Assembly: GCA_046598935.1 (NCBI GenBank)
Contig: JBKJHW010000046.1
Span: forward strand, 7,071 to 71,070
Source: Vicinamibacterales bacterium
GTDB lineage: Bacteria > Acidobacteriota > Vicinamibacteria > Vicinamibacterales > SCN-69-37
DNA length: 64,000 bases
Reading direction: 5' to 3'
The notes beneath the pieces are model-generated. The model had not been told where the DNA came from. It saw nothing but the letters and a program-made list of their open reading frames with translations, and ran no database searches. The position numbers and the translations under genes are program-made. This document shows positions 52,468-61,658 of this stretch, one piece after another (the first letter of the stretch is position 1; each line of letters opens with the position of its first letter).

Positions 52468-53458
52468 CGTCGGCGTCGCGCAGTTTGCGGCCGACGCGCG
52501 CCACTACCTGACGCAAACCCCGCGTCAGATGGCGTCGCGCTATTTCTACGACGCGCCCGGATCCCGATTGTTCGACGCGATCTGCGAACTGCCGTGGTAT
52601 CGCGTGACGCGCGCCGAGACGGCGCTGCTGCGGCGCCATAATGCCGAGATCCTCCAGCGCGCCGGCTCGCCGTCGCGCATCGTCGAACTCGGCTCAGGCA
52701 GCGGCGCCAAACTCGCTGTGCTCGCCGAAGGAATCCAGTCGACGACGGCGCCGATTGAGTTACATCTGATCGATGTCTCGTCGGCGGCGCTGGCGGCTGC
52801 CGCACGCGCGCTCGATGCGGTGCCGAATGTGGAGATCATCACGCATCACGCGACCTACGAATCCGGGCTCGACGCTGTCAGGGCGAAAAGTCGGGAGTTA
52901 ATTCAATTAACTCCCGACCTTAATTGGCCCTCACAGTCGGCCGGTCTGACGCTGGCGTTGTTTCTCGGGTCCAATATCGGCAACTTCGATCGCGACGCCG
53001 CCGACGCGCTGCTCGTGCGATTGCGCGCCGCGCTCACGCCCGGCGATTCGCTGCTGCTCGGCACGGATCTCGTGAAGCCGGAAGCCGACCTGCTGCTCGC
53101 GTACGACGACCCGCTGGGCGTCACGGCGGCTTTTAATCTGAATCTTTTCGCACGGATGAATCGAGAGCTCGGCGCGACCTTTGCGCTCGACCTTCTCAGG
53201 CACGTCGCTGTCTGGAACGCCGCCGAATCGCGCGTCGAGATGCACGTCGAGGCACGCGCCGAGCACCGCGTGACGGTGCCGGCGGCGGGTCTTGATTTTG
53301 TCCTTGAAGCCGGCGAGCGCATCTGGACAGAGAACTCGCACAAATACACGTCTGTCGACGTTGATCGCATGCTCGATCGCGCGGGCTTTGCCGTGGCTGA
53401 GCGGTGGACCGACGTTGATGCGGGGTTTGCGCTGACGCTGGCGTCGGCGCGGGCCTAG
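52436..53458 (+). CDS. egtD: L-histidine N(alpha)-methyltransferase EgtD-like
   Basis: Contains RYFYDAPGSRLFDAICELPWYRVTRAETALL, VELGSGSGAK and FLGSNIGNF. The ATG at 52436 overlaps the egtB end by 32 nt. Confidence 0.75.
   Translation: MPASVQSPTADVGVAQFAADARHYLTQTPRQMASRYFYDAPGSRLFDAICELPWYRVTRAETALLRRHNAEILQRAGSPSRIVELGSGSGAKLAVLAEGIQSTTAPIELHLIDVSSAALAAAARALDAVPNVEIITHHATYESGLDAVRAKSRELIQLTPDLNWPSQSAGLTLALFLGSNIGNFDRDAADALLVRLRAALTPGDSLLLGTDLVKPEADLLLAYDDPLGVTAAFNLNLFARMNRELGATFALDLLRHVAVWNAAESRVEMHVEARAEHRVTVPAAGLDFVLEAGERIWTENSHKYTSVDVDRMLDRAGFAVAERWTDVDAGFALTLASARA
52886..52925. repeat. family-B palindromic element inside egtD
   Basis: AAGTCGGGAGTTAATT-c-AATTAACTCCCGACCT followed by TAATT. 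It is translated in-frame as KSRELIQLTPDLNW. Confidence 0.9.
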
Positions 53459-53525
53459 CCAGCCGCAAGCCGGACACGCGCTCGGCCACATTGAGTTGCC
53501 CGTCCGCATATAATCCCCGAACTCC

Positions 53526-56198
53526 CTGGCGGCTCTCACTCCCGGCACACGTCTCGGCTCCTACGAAATCATCGCCCCGCTCGGCGCAGGCGGGATGGGC
53601 GAGGTCTATCGCGCGAAGGATGCGCGGCTCGGTCGTGACGTCGCGCTGAAAGTCCTCCCGCCAGCGCTCGCCAAGGATCCCGAACACCGGGCCCGTTTCG
53701 AGCGCGAGGCGCGAGCGGCCTCCTCGCTGAACCATCCGCACATCTGCGTGATCTACGACGTTGGATCCCAGGATGGCGTCGATTTTCTCGTCATGGAATT
53801 GCTCGAAGGTGAGACGGCCGCTGATGCGGCGGCGCGCGGCCCGATGCTTCTCGCCGACGTGATGCGCACGGGCGCGCAAATGGCCGATGCGCTCGATCGC
53901 GCGCACAAGAAGAACCTGATCCACCGCGACGTGAAGCCCGCCAACATCATGCTGGTCAGGCCCTCGTCGAAGAGCGGTCCTCTCCACGCGAAGCTGCTCG
54001 ACTTTGGCCTCGCACGTCCGACCACGTCAACGGTTACTGATCAGACGATGACCAAAGCGCTGACGGCCGCGGGGACGATCGTCGGCACGTTTCAGTACAT
54101 GTCGCCGGAACAGGTCGAAGGCCGCGATGTCGACGCGCGTACGGACATCTGGTCGCTCGGCGCGACCTTGTATGAGATGGCGACCGGCGTGCGCGCATTC
54201 GAGGGCTCGAGCACCGCGAGCCTGATCAGCGCCGTGTTGCGTGATGAACCGAAGCCGATGTCCGGACGCGTGCCGCTCACGCCGCCCGCTTTCCAGCGCG
54301 TCGTGTCGCAGTGTCTCGCGAAGGATCCCGAGGATCGCTGGCAGAGCGCCGGCGATGTGAAACGCGAGCTTGACTGGATCGCGAGCGGTGGAGGATCGGG
54401 CTTTGCCACCGCTTCGATCCCGAACTCGGGCGTGCGATCGAACGCCAACACCTGGATCACGAGACTGATAGTGGCCGCCGCGCTCGTGTTGACGGCCGCC
54501 ACGGCGTGGTGGTTCGGCCGGAGCGCTACGAGCGCTCCGGCGCTCTGGTCGAACTTCGCGCAGCTCACCGATGCGTCCGGGGTCGAGACGGCGCCGAGCC
54601 TTTCTCCTGACGGCAGCTCGATCGCGTATTCGAGCGCGGCGAACGGCAGCAGCGACATCTACGTGCAACGGGTCGGCGGCCGCAACCCGGTGCTTGTCGC
54701 CGGCGATCCAGGTCGCGACGAAGACTGGCCAGCGTACTCACCGGACGGAAAACAGATCGCGTTCAACATCAGCAGCGGCAGTGGCGGCATTTTCGTTGTC
54801 GGCGCCACCGGCGAATCGGTACGACGGCTGACCGACGCCGGATCGAATCCCGCCTGGTCCCCGAACAGCCTGCGCATCGTTTACGCCTCCGAGCAGGTGC
54901 TGGATCCGTATCAACGATTTGGTGTCAGCACGTTGTGGACCGTGGGCGTCGATGGCGGCACTCCGATCAGGATCGACGATGGGGACGCGGTTCAGCCGGC
55001 GTGGTCGCCATCGGGAAAGCGGATCGCGTTCTGGCAGAACGTGAACGGCCAGCGCGACATCGCGACGATTCCCGAGGCCGGCGGTCCGCATGTGCTGGTA
55101 ACGAACGACGCGGCCGTCGATTGGGCGCCCGTGTGGTCTCCGGACGGCAAGTGTCTGTATTTTGCGAGCGACCGCGGCGGATCGATGGGGATCTGGCGGA
55201 TCGGGATCGACGAGGGCACAGGCAAACCGATGAGCGCGCCTGAGCCGATCGCGGCCGGTGTGGACATTCAGATGGACCTGCCGCACGTGTCGTTCGACGG
55301 CACGTCAATCGTGTTTCGATCGAAGATCGAGTCGGTGAATCCGGCGGCGATCGCGTTCGATCCCATCACTGAGCGCGCCGGCGCGGTCACGCTCCTTCAA
55401 CATCGCACCGGCAAGTTGATGCCGACCGACGTCTCGCCGGACGGCAAGTGGATCGCGCTCAACAATACCTATGAGCGCCAGCAAGACATCTTCATCATGC
55501 GTCCTGACGGAAGCGGACTCTCACGCGTGACCGACGACGACGCGCGCGACTGGATCGGAAAATTCACGCCGGACAGCGCGGCGCTGACATTTCAGTCGAA
55601 CAAGGCCGGTAAGTACGATGGGTGGCTCGTGCGCCTCGATGGCAGCGGCCGAACCAGGCTGACCTCAGGATTTGCGTACGATACCGGCACGCCTTTGTTT
55701 TCGGCGGACATGCGTCGCCTGATGGTCGCGCTCGACCCTGAGGTCTGGATCGGCAGTCCGCCCTGGCCGATGACCAGCACTACGGCAAAGCGGATCACGA
55801 TTCCCGCGCTGACCACCGGACGGCTCCTTCCGACGACCTGGTCGCGCGACGGCCGATGGCTCGGTGGCACGATCGCGGGTCCCGCCGGCAACGCGGTCGG
55901 CATCGCGCTCTTCGACGTTGCGACCTCTACCATCCGCCAGCTCAACGCTGACGGGGTCACCGATCCGCTTGAATTGCCGGGTGGCACGCGCGTGATTTTT
56001 CTCACGGCCGCTGGTGCGCTGGTCGTGCAGGACATTCACTCGCTGAAGCGGCGAGAAATACCGGTGGCGTGGCCGTTGCCGTCGAGCAGCAGTAACTCGC
56101 TCGCCGTCTCGCCGGACGGTACAACGATTTACTACGCCGCGGCGCAGACGGAAGCCAACATCTGGAAGGTCTCGCAGCCCAAAGTGGTGAAGAAGTAG
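53526..56198 (+). CDS. Ser/Thr protein kinase with a transmembrane segment and C-terminal TolB-like (PD40) beta-propeller repeats; start codon unresolved
   Basis: The kinase domain includes GAGGMGEVYRAKD, HRDVKPANIM and DFGLA, followed by repeated SPDG..IAF/Y units. The first ATG (53595) lies inside the Gly-loop. Upstream in frame, after the TAA at 53511, the only start-like codon is CTG at 53526. Confidence 0.7.
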   Translation: MAALTPGTRLGSYEIIAPLGAGGMGEVYRAKDARLGRDVALKVLPPALAKDPEHRARFEREARAASSLNHPHICVIYDVGSQDGVDFLVMELLEGETAADAAARGPMLLADVMRTGAQMADALDRAHKKNLIHRDVKPANIMLVRPSSKSGPLHAKLLDFGLARPTTSTVTDQTMTKALTAAGTIVGTFQYMSPEQVEGRDVDARTDIWSLGATLYEMATGVRAFEGSSTASLISAVLRDEPKPMSGRVPLTPPAFQRVVSQCLAKDPEDRWQSAGDVKRELDWIASGGGSGFATASIPNSGVRSNANTWITRLIVAAALVLTAATAWWFGRSATSAPALWSNFAQLTDASGVETAPSLSPDGSSIAYSSAANGSSDIYVQRVGGRNPVLVAGDPGRDEDWPAYSPDGKQIAFNISSGSGGIFVVGATGESVRRLTDAGSNPAWSPNSLRIVYASEQVLDPYQRFGVSTLWTVGVDGGTPIRIDDGDAVQPAWSPSGKRIAFWQNVNGQRDIATIPEAGGPHVLVTNDAAVDWAPVWSPDGKCLYFASDRGGSMGIWRIGIDEGTGKPMSAPEPIAAGVDIQMDLPHVSFDGTSIVFRSKIESVNPAAIAFDPITERAGAVTLLQHRTGKLMPTDVSPDGKWIALNNTYERQQDIFIMRPDGSGLSRVTDDDARDWIGKFTPDSAALTFQSNKAGKYDGWLVRLDGSGRTRLTSGFAYDTGTPLFSADMRRLMVALDPEVWIGSPPWPMTSTTAKRITIPALTTGRLLPTTWSRDGRWLGGTIAGPAGNAVGIALFDVATSTIRQLNADGVTDPLELPGGTRVIFLTAAGALVVQDIHSLKRREIPVAWPLPSSSSNSLAVSPDGTTIYYAAAQTEANIWKVSQPKVVKK

Positions 56199-56224
56199 AT
56201 GTCGCTGACCCGACAGGTTGTCCC

Positions 56225-56572
56225 CTACGCGACGGCCAGCACGAACTCGACCTTCACCGCCTCGTACGGAAACACGATGCGGCCATCGTCGGTGCGATCA
56301 AGCACGCCGGCCGTGAGTAACGCGGAGACGTCGCCATGCACGGCTTTGACATCGCGATCGAGCCGGCGCGCGGCTTCTCGAATGGACACCGGCCCCGCAC
56401 CACTCAACGCCTTGAGCAGGTCCAGGCGTTTCGCAGTCAGAACCCGCCACAGCAACTCTGGCGACGCAAAACTGATGCGCGCGGATTTGCCGGCCTTGCC
56501 GCTCTTCCACACGCGGACGAAGTCCCGCATCGCAGTGCCTGGCGTTTGGACGTCAAGGGTGACGGTTTTCAC
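56225..56572 (-). CDS. HTH DNA-binding protein, putative antitoxin partner of the DUF6516/TumE-like toxin
   Basis: The winged-helix-like segment LTAKRLDLLKALSGAGPVSIREAARRLDRDVKAVHGDVSALLTAGVL is present. It overlaps the upstream gene by 20 nt. Confidence 0.6.
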   Translation of the reverse strand: MKTVTLDVQTPGTAMRDFVRVWKSGKAGKSARISFASPELLWRVLTAKRLDLLKALSGAGPVSIREAARRLDRDVKAVHGDVSALLTAGVLDRTDDGRIVFPYEAVKVEFVLAVA

Positions 56573-56849
56573 GGTTCCACCTCGCTATGTCGGCCTGAAA
56601 GTCGGCGACCAACTTCTCCGGGGTATCGAATATGTAGCGACGTTCCCTGGCGTTGAAGTGCCGGTGGTCGCCCTTGCCCGCTTCGTTGTCATAGCGAACG
56701 ACGCACGTGCCGTTGACGACATAGGCGAGGCGATATTTGAACGGGTGGATCGATCCTGGAACCGGCTTCGGGACGCGCCACAGCACCAACTCCGCGAACG
56801 CGACTTCCGACAACGCCAGCCTCGTGTGAAGCAGCGTTGTCGCCCTCAT
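56553..56849 (-). CDS. DUF6516 (TumE-like) toxin-antitoxin system protein
   Basis: Contains KYRLAYVVNGTCVVRYDNEAGKGDHRHFNARERRYIF. The track start is 56861. The ATG at 56849 is preferred because 56861 lies inside the predicted -10 box. Confidence 0.6.
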   Translation of the reverse strand: MRATTLLHTRLALSEVAFAELVLWRVPKPVPGSIHPFKYRLAYVVNGTCVVRYDNEAGKGDHRHFNARERRYIFDTPEKLVADFQADIARWNRENRHP

Positions 56850-56856
56850 GTTGGAG

Positions 56857-56886
56857 ATCATGCCAACAGTGAGCCTGTGTTGTCAA
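56857..56886 (-). promoter_or_regulatory. candidate promoter TTGACA-N18-CATGAT giving a leaderless TumE-like mRNA
   Basis: The minus strand reads TTGACAacacaggctcactgttggCATGATctccaacATG. The -35 is perfect, and there are 7 nt between the -10 and the ATG at 56849. Confidence 0.45.
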
Positions 56887-56914
56887 CTGGTCCATCACTC
56901 GGAGCGTTGTCGTC

Positions 56915-57019
56915 TTGGCGCTGAGTCCCGGCACCCGTCTCGGTCCCTATGAAATCGTCTCCGCCCTCGGCGCTGGCGTCGAAGCGGCCGTGGCCGAGTT
57001 GATGAAGTCGATCAGGTAA
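56915..57019 (+). pseudogene. remnant of a Ser/Thr kinase gene (first ~20 codons only)
   Basis: TTG-ALSPGTRLGPYEIVSALGAG matches the N-termini of the kinases at 53526 and 63723 at both DNA and protein level. It then diverges (VEAAVAELMKSIR*) and runs into the 3' end of the convergent SDR gene. Confidence 0.7.
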
Positions 57020-58496
57020 GGCCCGGCGGCGTGGTTCCGCGTTCCGCGCGCGCGCGGATCTGATCGATCAACCCACTGAAGATCAGCGCGTGGATCGGGT
57101 AGAGCAAGTACCAGTACGCCCACCCAGCCAAGCCCGTGGGTGCGAAAAACGCCGTTTGGGACAGCAACGTCTTGCCGTCATCTCTCGGCATGACCTGCAG
57201 TTGGAGCCAGGCCTTGCCGGGCACCAACATCTCCGCGCGAAGACGCAACAGTTGGCCAGGCTCGACCGCTTCCACGCGCCAGAAATCGAGCGCGTCGCCC
57301 ATCCTGAGTTTGTCTGGATCGCGCCGGCCTCGGCGCAGGCCGACACCGCCGAGCAGGCGATCGAGGAACCCGCGGATCTGCCACGCCCACGTCATGTAGA
57401 ACCAGCCGCGCGCGGCGCCGATGCCGGCAAAAATCTCGTAGACGCGTTCGGGCGTGGCTGACACGATGCGCTCGCGTCGTTCGAGAATCATGCCTTCGTT
57501 GGTCGTCAGCCGCACGGGTGTGGCCGCGCCCTGGCTCGTGCTGAGCGCGTCGCTCCATGCCGATTCGATGTCGCTTGCGACCAGTCGCGCCAGCGCGCGC
57601 TCGACAGCGACCCGGTAGCCCACGGGATGAATCTCCGGGAACAACACCGCGGCCGCCCGGTCGCGCACGACGTTCTCGTTGCGTAGTCCTTCGATGAGCG
57701 GGCGCGCGATCACTGCGGGAATGGGCGTGACGATGTTGACCCAGTAGGAGGAGAGGCGCGGCGTGAGCACCGGCACCGAGATCAGCCAACGCCGGAGGCC
57801 GCGCACCTCGCCGTAGATGCGCATCATGTCGCCGTAGGTCACGACTTCAGCGCCGCCGATCTCGATGATGCGATCGCGGCTCTCGGGCGCCGCGAGCGAG
57901 GCGGCGAGATACTCGATCACCTCGCGGATGCCGATCGGCTGCGTGCGCGTGGACACCCAGCGCGGGCAGATCATCACCGGCAGGCGTTCGGTGAGGTAGC
58001 GGATCATCTCGAACGACAGACTGCCGGAACCGACGATGACGCCGGCGCGCAGTTCCGTGACGGCGACGCCCGTAGCCCGCAACGCGTCGCCTGTTTGCTG
58101 CCGCGAGCGGAGGTGTTCCGAGAGATCAGGTGAACTCTCGGCGAGTCCGCCGAGGTAGATCACGCGATCGACGCCGGCACGGTGCGCGGCGGCGCCGAAG
58201 TTGGTGGCGGCGGTCATGTCGCGCGCGTGGAAATCCGCGCCGCCCGCCATGCTGTGCACGAGGTAGTACGCGGCCGACACACCTGCCATCGCGTCGGTGA
58301 GGCTCTCGGGTTCGAGCACGTCGCCCGCGACAATTTCCACAGCCGAATGCCACGGCCGTCCCTGGAGTCGAGCCGGATCGCGCGCGAGACACCGCACCCG
58401 GTACCCCAACTCGAGGAGGCGCGGAACCAGGCGACCACCGATGTATCCGGTGGCGCCGCTGACGAGGACGAGTGGGGCGGTGGGCACAGCCGTCAA
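57012..58496 (-). CDS. SDR-family NAD(P)-binding protein fused to a DUF2867 domain
   Basis: Contains the Rossmann motif LVSGATGYIGGRLVPRLLELGYRVRCLARDP. The C-terminal half resembles DUF2867 (WRVEAVEPGQLLRLRAEM). Confidence 0.75.
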   Translation of the reverse strand: MTAVPTAPLVLVSGATGYIGGRLVPRLLELGYRVRCLARDPARLQGRPWHSAVEIVAGDVLEPESLTDAMAGVSAAYYLVHSMAGGADFHARDMTAATNFGAAAHRAGVDRVIYLGGLAESSPDLSEHLRSRQQTGDALRATGVAVTELRAGVIVGSGSLSFEMIRYLTERLPVMICPRWVSTRTQPIGIREVIEYLAASLAAPESRDRIIEIGGAEVVTYGDMMRIYGEVRGLRRWLISVPVLTPRLSSYWVNIVTPIPAVIARPLIEGLRNENVVRDRAAAVLFPEIHPVGYRVAVERALARLVASDIESAWSDALSTSQGAATPVRLTTNEGMILERRERIVSATPERVYEIFAGIGAARGWFYMTWAWQIRGFLDRLLGGVGLRRGRRDPDKLRMGDALDFWRVEAVEPGQLLRLRAEMLVPGKAWLQLQVMPRDDGKTLLSQTAFFAPTGLAGWAYWYLLYPIHALIFSGLIDQIRARAERGTTPPGLT

Positions 58497-58552
58497 CTAT
58501 GACGTCTTCTTGCGGCCTGCGATCCCGGATTCTGGCATCATCCTCCGACCAG

Positions 58553-61231
58553 ATGACTCTTCATTATTATTGGCGCACCCGACTCATCATGTTGGCGATC
58601 GGCGTTGCCGGCATCCGCCTTGTCGCCCTCCAGCAGCCGGCGTCGTCGCCCGGCACGACGACGGCAACCACGGCGGAAGCTCGCGCCGCCGCGTGGCGAA
58701 GCCATCAGCGGCTCGCAGCCGAATCGCCGTTTGCCGCGCTGCCGTGGCGCGCGCTCGGGCCGTCGCATCAGTCCGCGCGGATTGAGGCGATTGCGGTGCC
58801 CGCCGGCAGCCGCAACACGATCTACGTGGGCCCGAGCGCCGGCAACGTGTGGAAAACGACGAACAACGGGCTGACATGGAAACCGATCTTTGACCACGAG
58901 TCGGCGTTTGCCGTCGGTGACATCGCTGTCGCGCCCTCAAATCCCGACATCGTGTGGGTCGGCACCGGCGAAGTGCAGCCGCGATTTGCGGGGTACGCGT
59001 TCGCGGGGAGCGGCGTCTTCAAGTCAACGGATGCGGGGCGGACGTGGACCAACATGGGTCTTGCCGACAGCCATCACATCGGCAAGGTCCTCATCGACGC
59101 GAACAATCCGAACATCGTCTACGTCGCCGCAATGGGGCATCAGTGGACGCCCAACCGCGAGCGCGGCGTGTTCAAGACAACGGATGGCGGCCGCACGTGG
59201 ACGCATGCGCTGGGCGTAGACGACGTCACAGGTGCCATTGATCTGGCGATGGATCCAACGAACCACAACGTGCTCTACGCGTCGATGTGGCAGATCGAGA
59301 CCGGCCCGCGCAGCGGCATCTATCGCTCGACCGATGCGGGCGCCACGTGGAAGAAACTCGGCAACGGGCTGCCGACCGGACTGATCGGCCGCAGCAACAT
59401 CGACATCGCGCCATCGCGAACCGAGACCGTGTACGTCTATCTCGACAACCGGTCGCCGGTGACTGGCGGCACGGCAGATCGCCCCTACGTGGGCGGCGAG
59501 GTGTATCGCTCGGACAACGGCGGCGACACGTGGCGCAAGGCCAACACCGACGACCTCTATCCGGTGTTCAGTGTGTACGGCTGGAAGTTCTGCGACGTCC
59601 GCGTCTCGCCCGACAATGCGGAAGAAATCTACATTCTCGGCAATCGCGCATTTCATTCGACCGATGGGGGGCGCACCTACGCGCGAATCGGCGAGACGAT
59701 TCGGCGTCTGCGCCAGACAGAAGGCCTCGTGATGCATCTTGATCATCACGAAATCTGGATCGATCCCGCGGACCCGAATCACATCCTGCTTGGCAACGAC
59801 GGCGGCGTCATGTCGTCGTACGACCGCGGCCGGTCGTGGCTGCACATGAACACGATTCCGGTCGGGCAGTTCTATAGCGTGGCGGTTGACATGGCCGAGC
59901 CGTACAACATCTACGGCGGCACGCAGGATAATGCGGCGCTGTACGGGCCGAGCACGTACACGGTCGACGACACGCGCAACGAAAACGAGCCGTGGAAGCA
60001 CGTGTATCTCGACCAGTGGACCGGCGGCGATTCGTTCGTCACGCTGCCGGACCCGGCCGATCCGCGGTACGTCTACTACGAACATCAGAACGGCGAGCTC
60101 AGGCGCATGGACACCGAAGGCCCGTCGATCCAGACCGGCAGCCCCTCGTCGCAACGCATCACGCCGCGCGCGCCGCGCGGCGAGACGCCGTGGCGCATCG
60201 GCTGGTACATGCCGTACCTGATTTCCGCGTTTGATCCAGCGACGATCTACGCGGGCACCAATCGGCTTGTGAAGAGCAGCAATCGTGGCCTCGCGTGGTC
60301 GGCGGTGAGCCCGGATGTCTCGGATCCCGCAGGCGGGGACCGCGCGACGGTGCCGTACGGCACGATCACGATGATCGCGGAGTCGCCGACGACCCGCGGC
60401 CTCATTTACCTCGGTACTGAAAGCGGGCGGGTGCATGTCACCCGAGACGAGGGCGCGCATTGGACGGCGATTGACGCCGGTCTGCCGAAAAAATGGGTGA
60501 GCCGGGTGATCGCGTCGCAGCATGCGGTCGGTACCGCCTACGTCTCATTCACCGGCTACCGCGAGGACGACACCCGTCCCTATCTCTACCACTCGACTGA
60601 CTTCGGCGCGCACTGGACGTCGATTGCCGCCAACCTTCCGGCCGAGTCGATCAATGTGATTCGCGAGGATCCACGCAATGCGGACGTGCTCTACGTGGGC
60701 ACGGACGCCGGCGTGTACGTGTCGATCGATCGCGGCGCGACGTGGCTGTCGCTGTCGGCCACGCTGCCGACCACGCCCGTGCACGATCTGGTGGTTCATC
60801 CGAGAGACGACGAGATCGTGATCGGCACGCATGGGCGAGGCGTGTTCGTGCTCGACGCGCGGCCGATTCAGCAGTGGGTCAGAGCGACCGGGGTCTCGGC
60901 CGGGCCGCGGCTGTTCTCGCCGCATCCGGCGCTCGTGCGTATCGCCGACGAGATGGAGCCGGCGGGCACGCCCGGGTCGGCGACGATTGCTTTTTCGACG
61001 GATGCGGCGGGGCCCGCCACGCTGACGATTCGTGCCGCCGGCGGGGCGGTCGCGAAGACAATCGAGGTGCAGGCCGTGCGCGGTCTCAACATCGTTCGCT
61101 GGAATCTGCTGATGAGCGGCGCAAACCCGCGCCCCGCGGCGCCAGGCGAATATCGTGTCGAGTTGTCCGCCGCCAGCCGCACTGTAGATGCCACGCTGCG
61201 GCTCGATCGGTTCGTGCGTTGGACGCGTTGA
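58553..61231 (+). CDS. BNR/Asp-box repeat, sortilin/VPS10-like beta-propeller protein (secreted)
   Basis: There are many S-x-D-x-G-x-T-W Asp-boxes (KSTDAGRTWT, KTTDGGRTWT, RSTDAGATWK, RSDNGGDTWR, HSTDGGRTY, SYDRGRSW, TRDEGAHWT, STDFGAHWT, SIDRGATWL). The ATG at 58553 comes before the signal-like helix. Confidence 0.75.
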   Translation: MTLHYYWRTRLIMLAIGVAGIRLVALQQPASSPGTTTATTAEARAAAWRSHQRLAAESPFAALPWRALGPSHQSARIEAIAVPAGSRNTIYVGPSAGNVWKTTNNGLTWKPIFDHESAFAVGDIAVAPSNPDIVWVGTGEVQPRFAGYAFAGSGVFKSTDAGRTWTNMGLADSHHIGKVLIDANNPNIVYVAAMGHQWTPNRERGVFKTTDGGRTWTHALGVDDVTGAIDLAMDPTNHNVLYASMWQIETGPRSGIYRSTDAGATWKKLGNGLPTGLIGRSNIDIAPSRTETVYVYLDNRSPVTGGTADRPYVGGEVYRSDNGGDTWRKANTDDLYPVFSVYGWKFCDVRVSPDNAEEIYILGNRAFHSTDGGRTYARIGETIRRLRQTEGLVMHLDHHEIWIDPADPNHILLGNDGGVMSSYDRGRSWLHMNTIPVGQFYSVAVDMAEPYNIYGGTQDNAALYGPSTYTVDDTRNENEPWKHVYLDQWTGGDSFVTLPDPADPRYVYYEHQNGELRRMDTEGPSIQTGSPSSQRITPRAPRGETPWRIGWYMPYLISAFDPATIYAGTNRLVKSSNRGLAWSAVSPDVSDPAGGDRATVPYGTITMIAESPTTRGLIYLGTESGRVHVTRDEGAHWTAIDAGLPKKWVSRVIASQHAVGTAYVSFTGYREDDTRPYLYHSTDFGAHWTSIAANLPAESINVIREDPRNADVLYVGTDAGVYVSIDRGATWLSLSATLPTTPVHDLVVHPRDDEIVIGTHGRGVFVLDARPIQQWVRATGVSAGPRLFSPHPALVRIADEMEPAGTPGSATIAFSTDAAGPATLTIRAAGGAVAKTIEVQAVRGLNIVRWNLLMSGANPRPAAPGEYRVELSAASRTVDATLRLDRFVRWTR

Positions 61232-61235
61232 CGCG

Positions 61236-61652
61236 TTACGCGGCCGCGTCGCTCACGCGAACGAGTCTGCTGCGGCTGGCGTAGTCGATGATCTGGCGAT
61301 CGCGCGTGACGAGCGGCACGTCGTACGCGCGCGCGCTGGCGACGAGCATCCGATCAACCGGATCACCGAGCGCGGACGAGGGAATCTGGCCGGCGTCGAT
61401 CGCGATATCCATGTCGATGCCGACGACACGCAGGCTGCCGCGGGTCACGGAGTCGCGAATCCATTTTTCCGCTGATTGATTCAGGCGGAGCCGGCCCGCA
61501 GTGGCGAGCGCCGTGATCTCAAATACCGAGGCCGTCGTGACGAGCAGGGTGCCTGCAGCGGCAGCGCGCGCGATGAGGCGGCGAGTCTTGGGCCCCAGTT
61601 TTCCCGGCTCGTCAGCTGCGGCCCAGATCCAAGCGTGCGTGTCGAGCAACAT
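61236..61652 (-). CDS. vapC: type II toxin-antitoxin system VapC family toxin (PIN domain)
   Basis: Contains MLLDTHAWIW (N-terminal Asp), FEITALA, DPVDRMLVASA and LVTRD. Confidence 0.85.
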   Translation of the reverse strand: MLLDTHAWIWAAADEPGKLGPKTRRLIARAAAAGTLLVTTASVFEITALATAGRLRLNQSAEKWIRDSVTRGSLRVVGIDMDIAIDAGQIPSSALGDPVDRMLVASARAYDVPLVTRDRQIIDYASRSRLVRVSDAAA

Positions 61653-61658
61653 GGCGCG

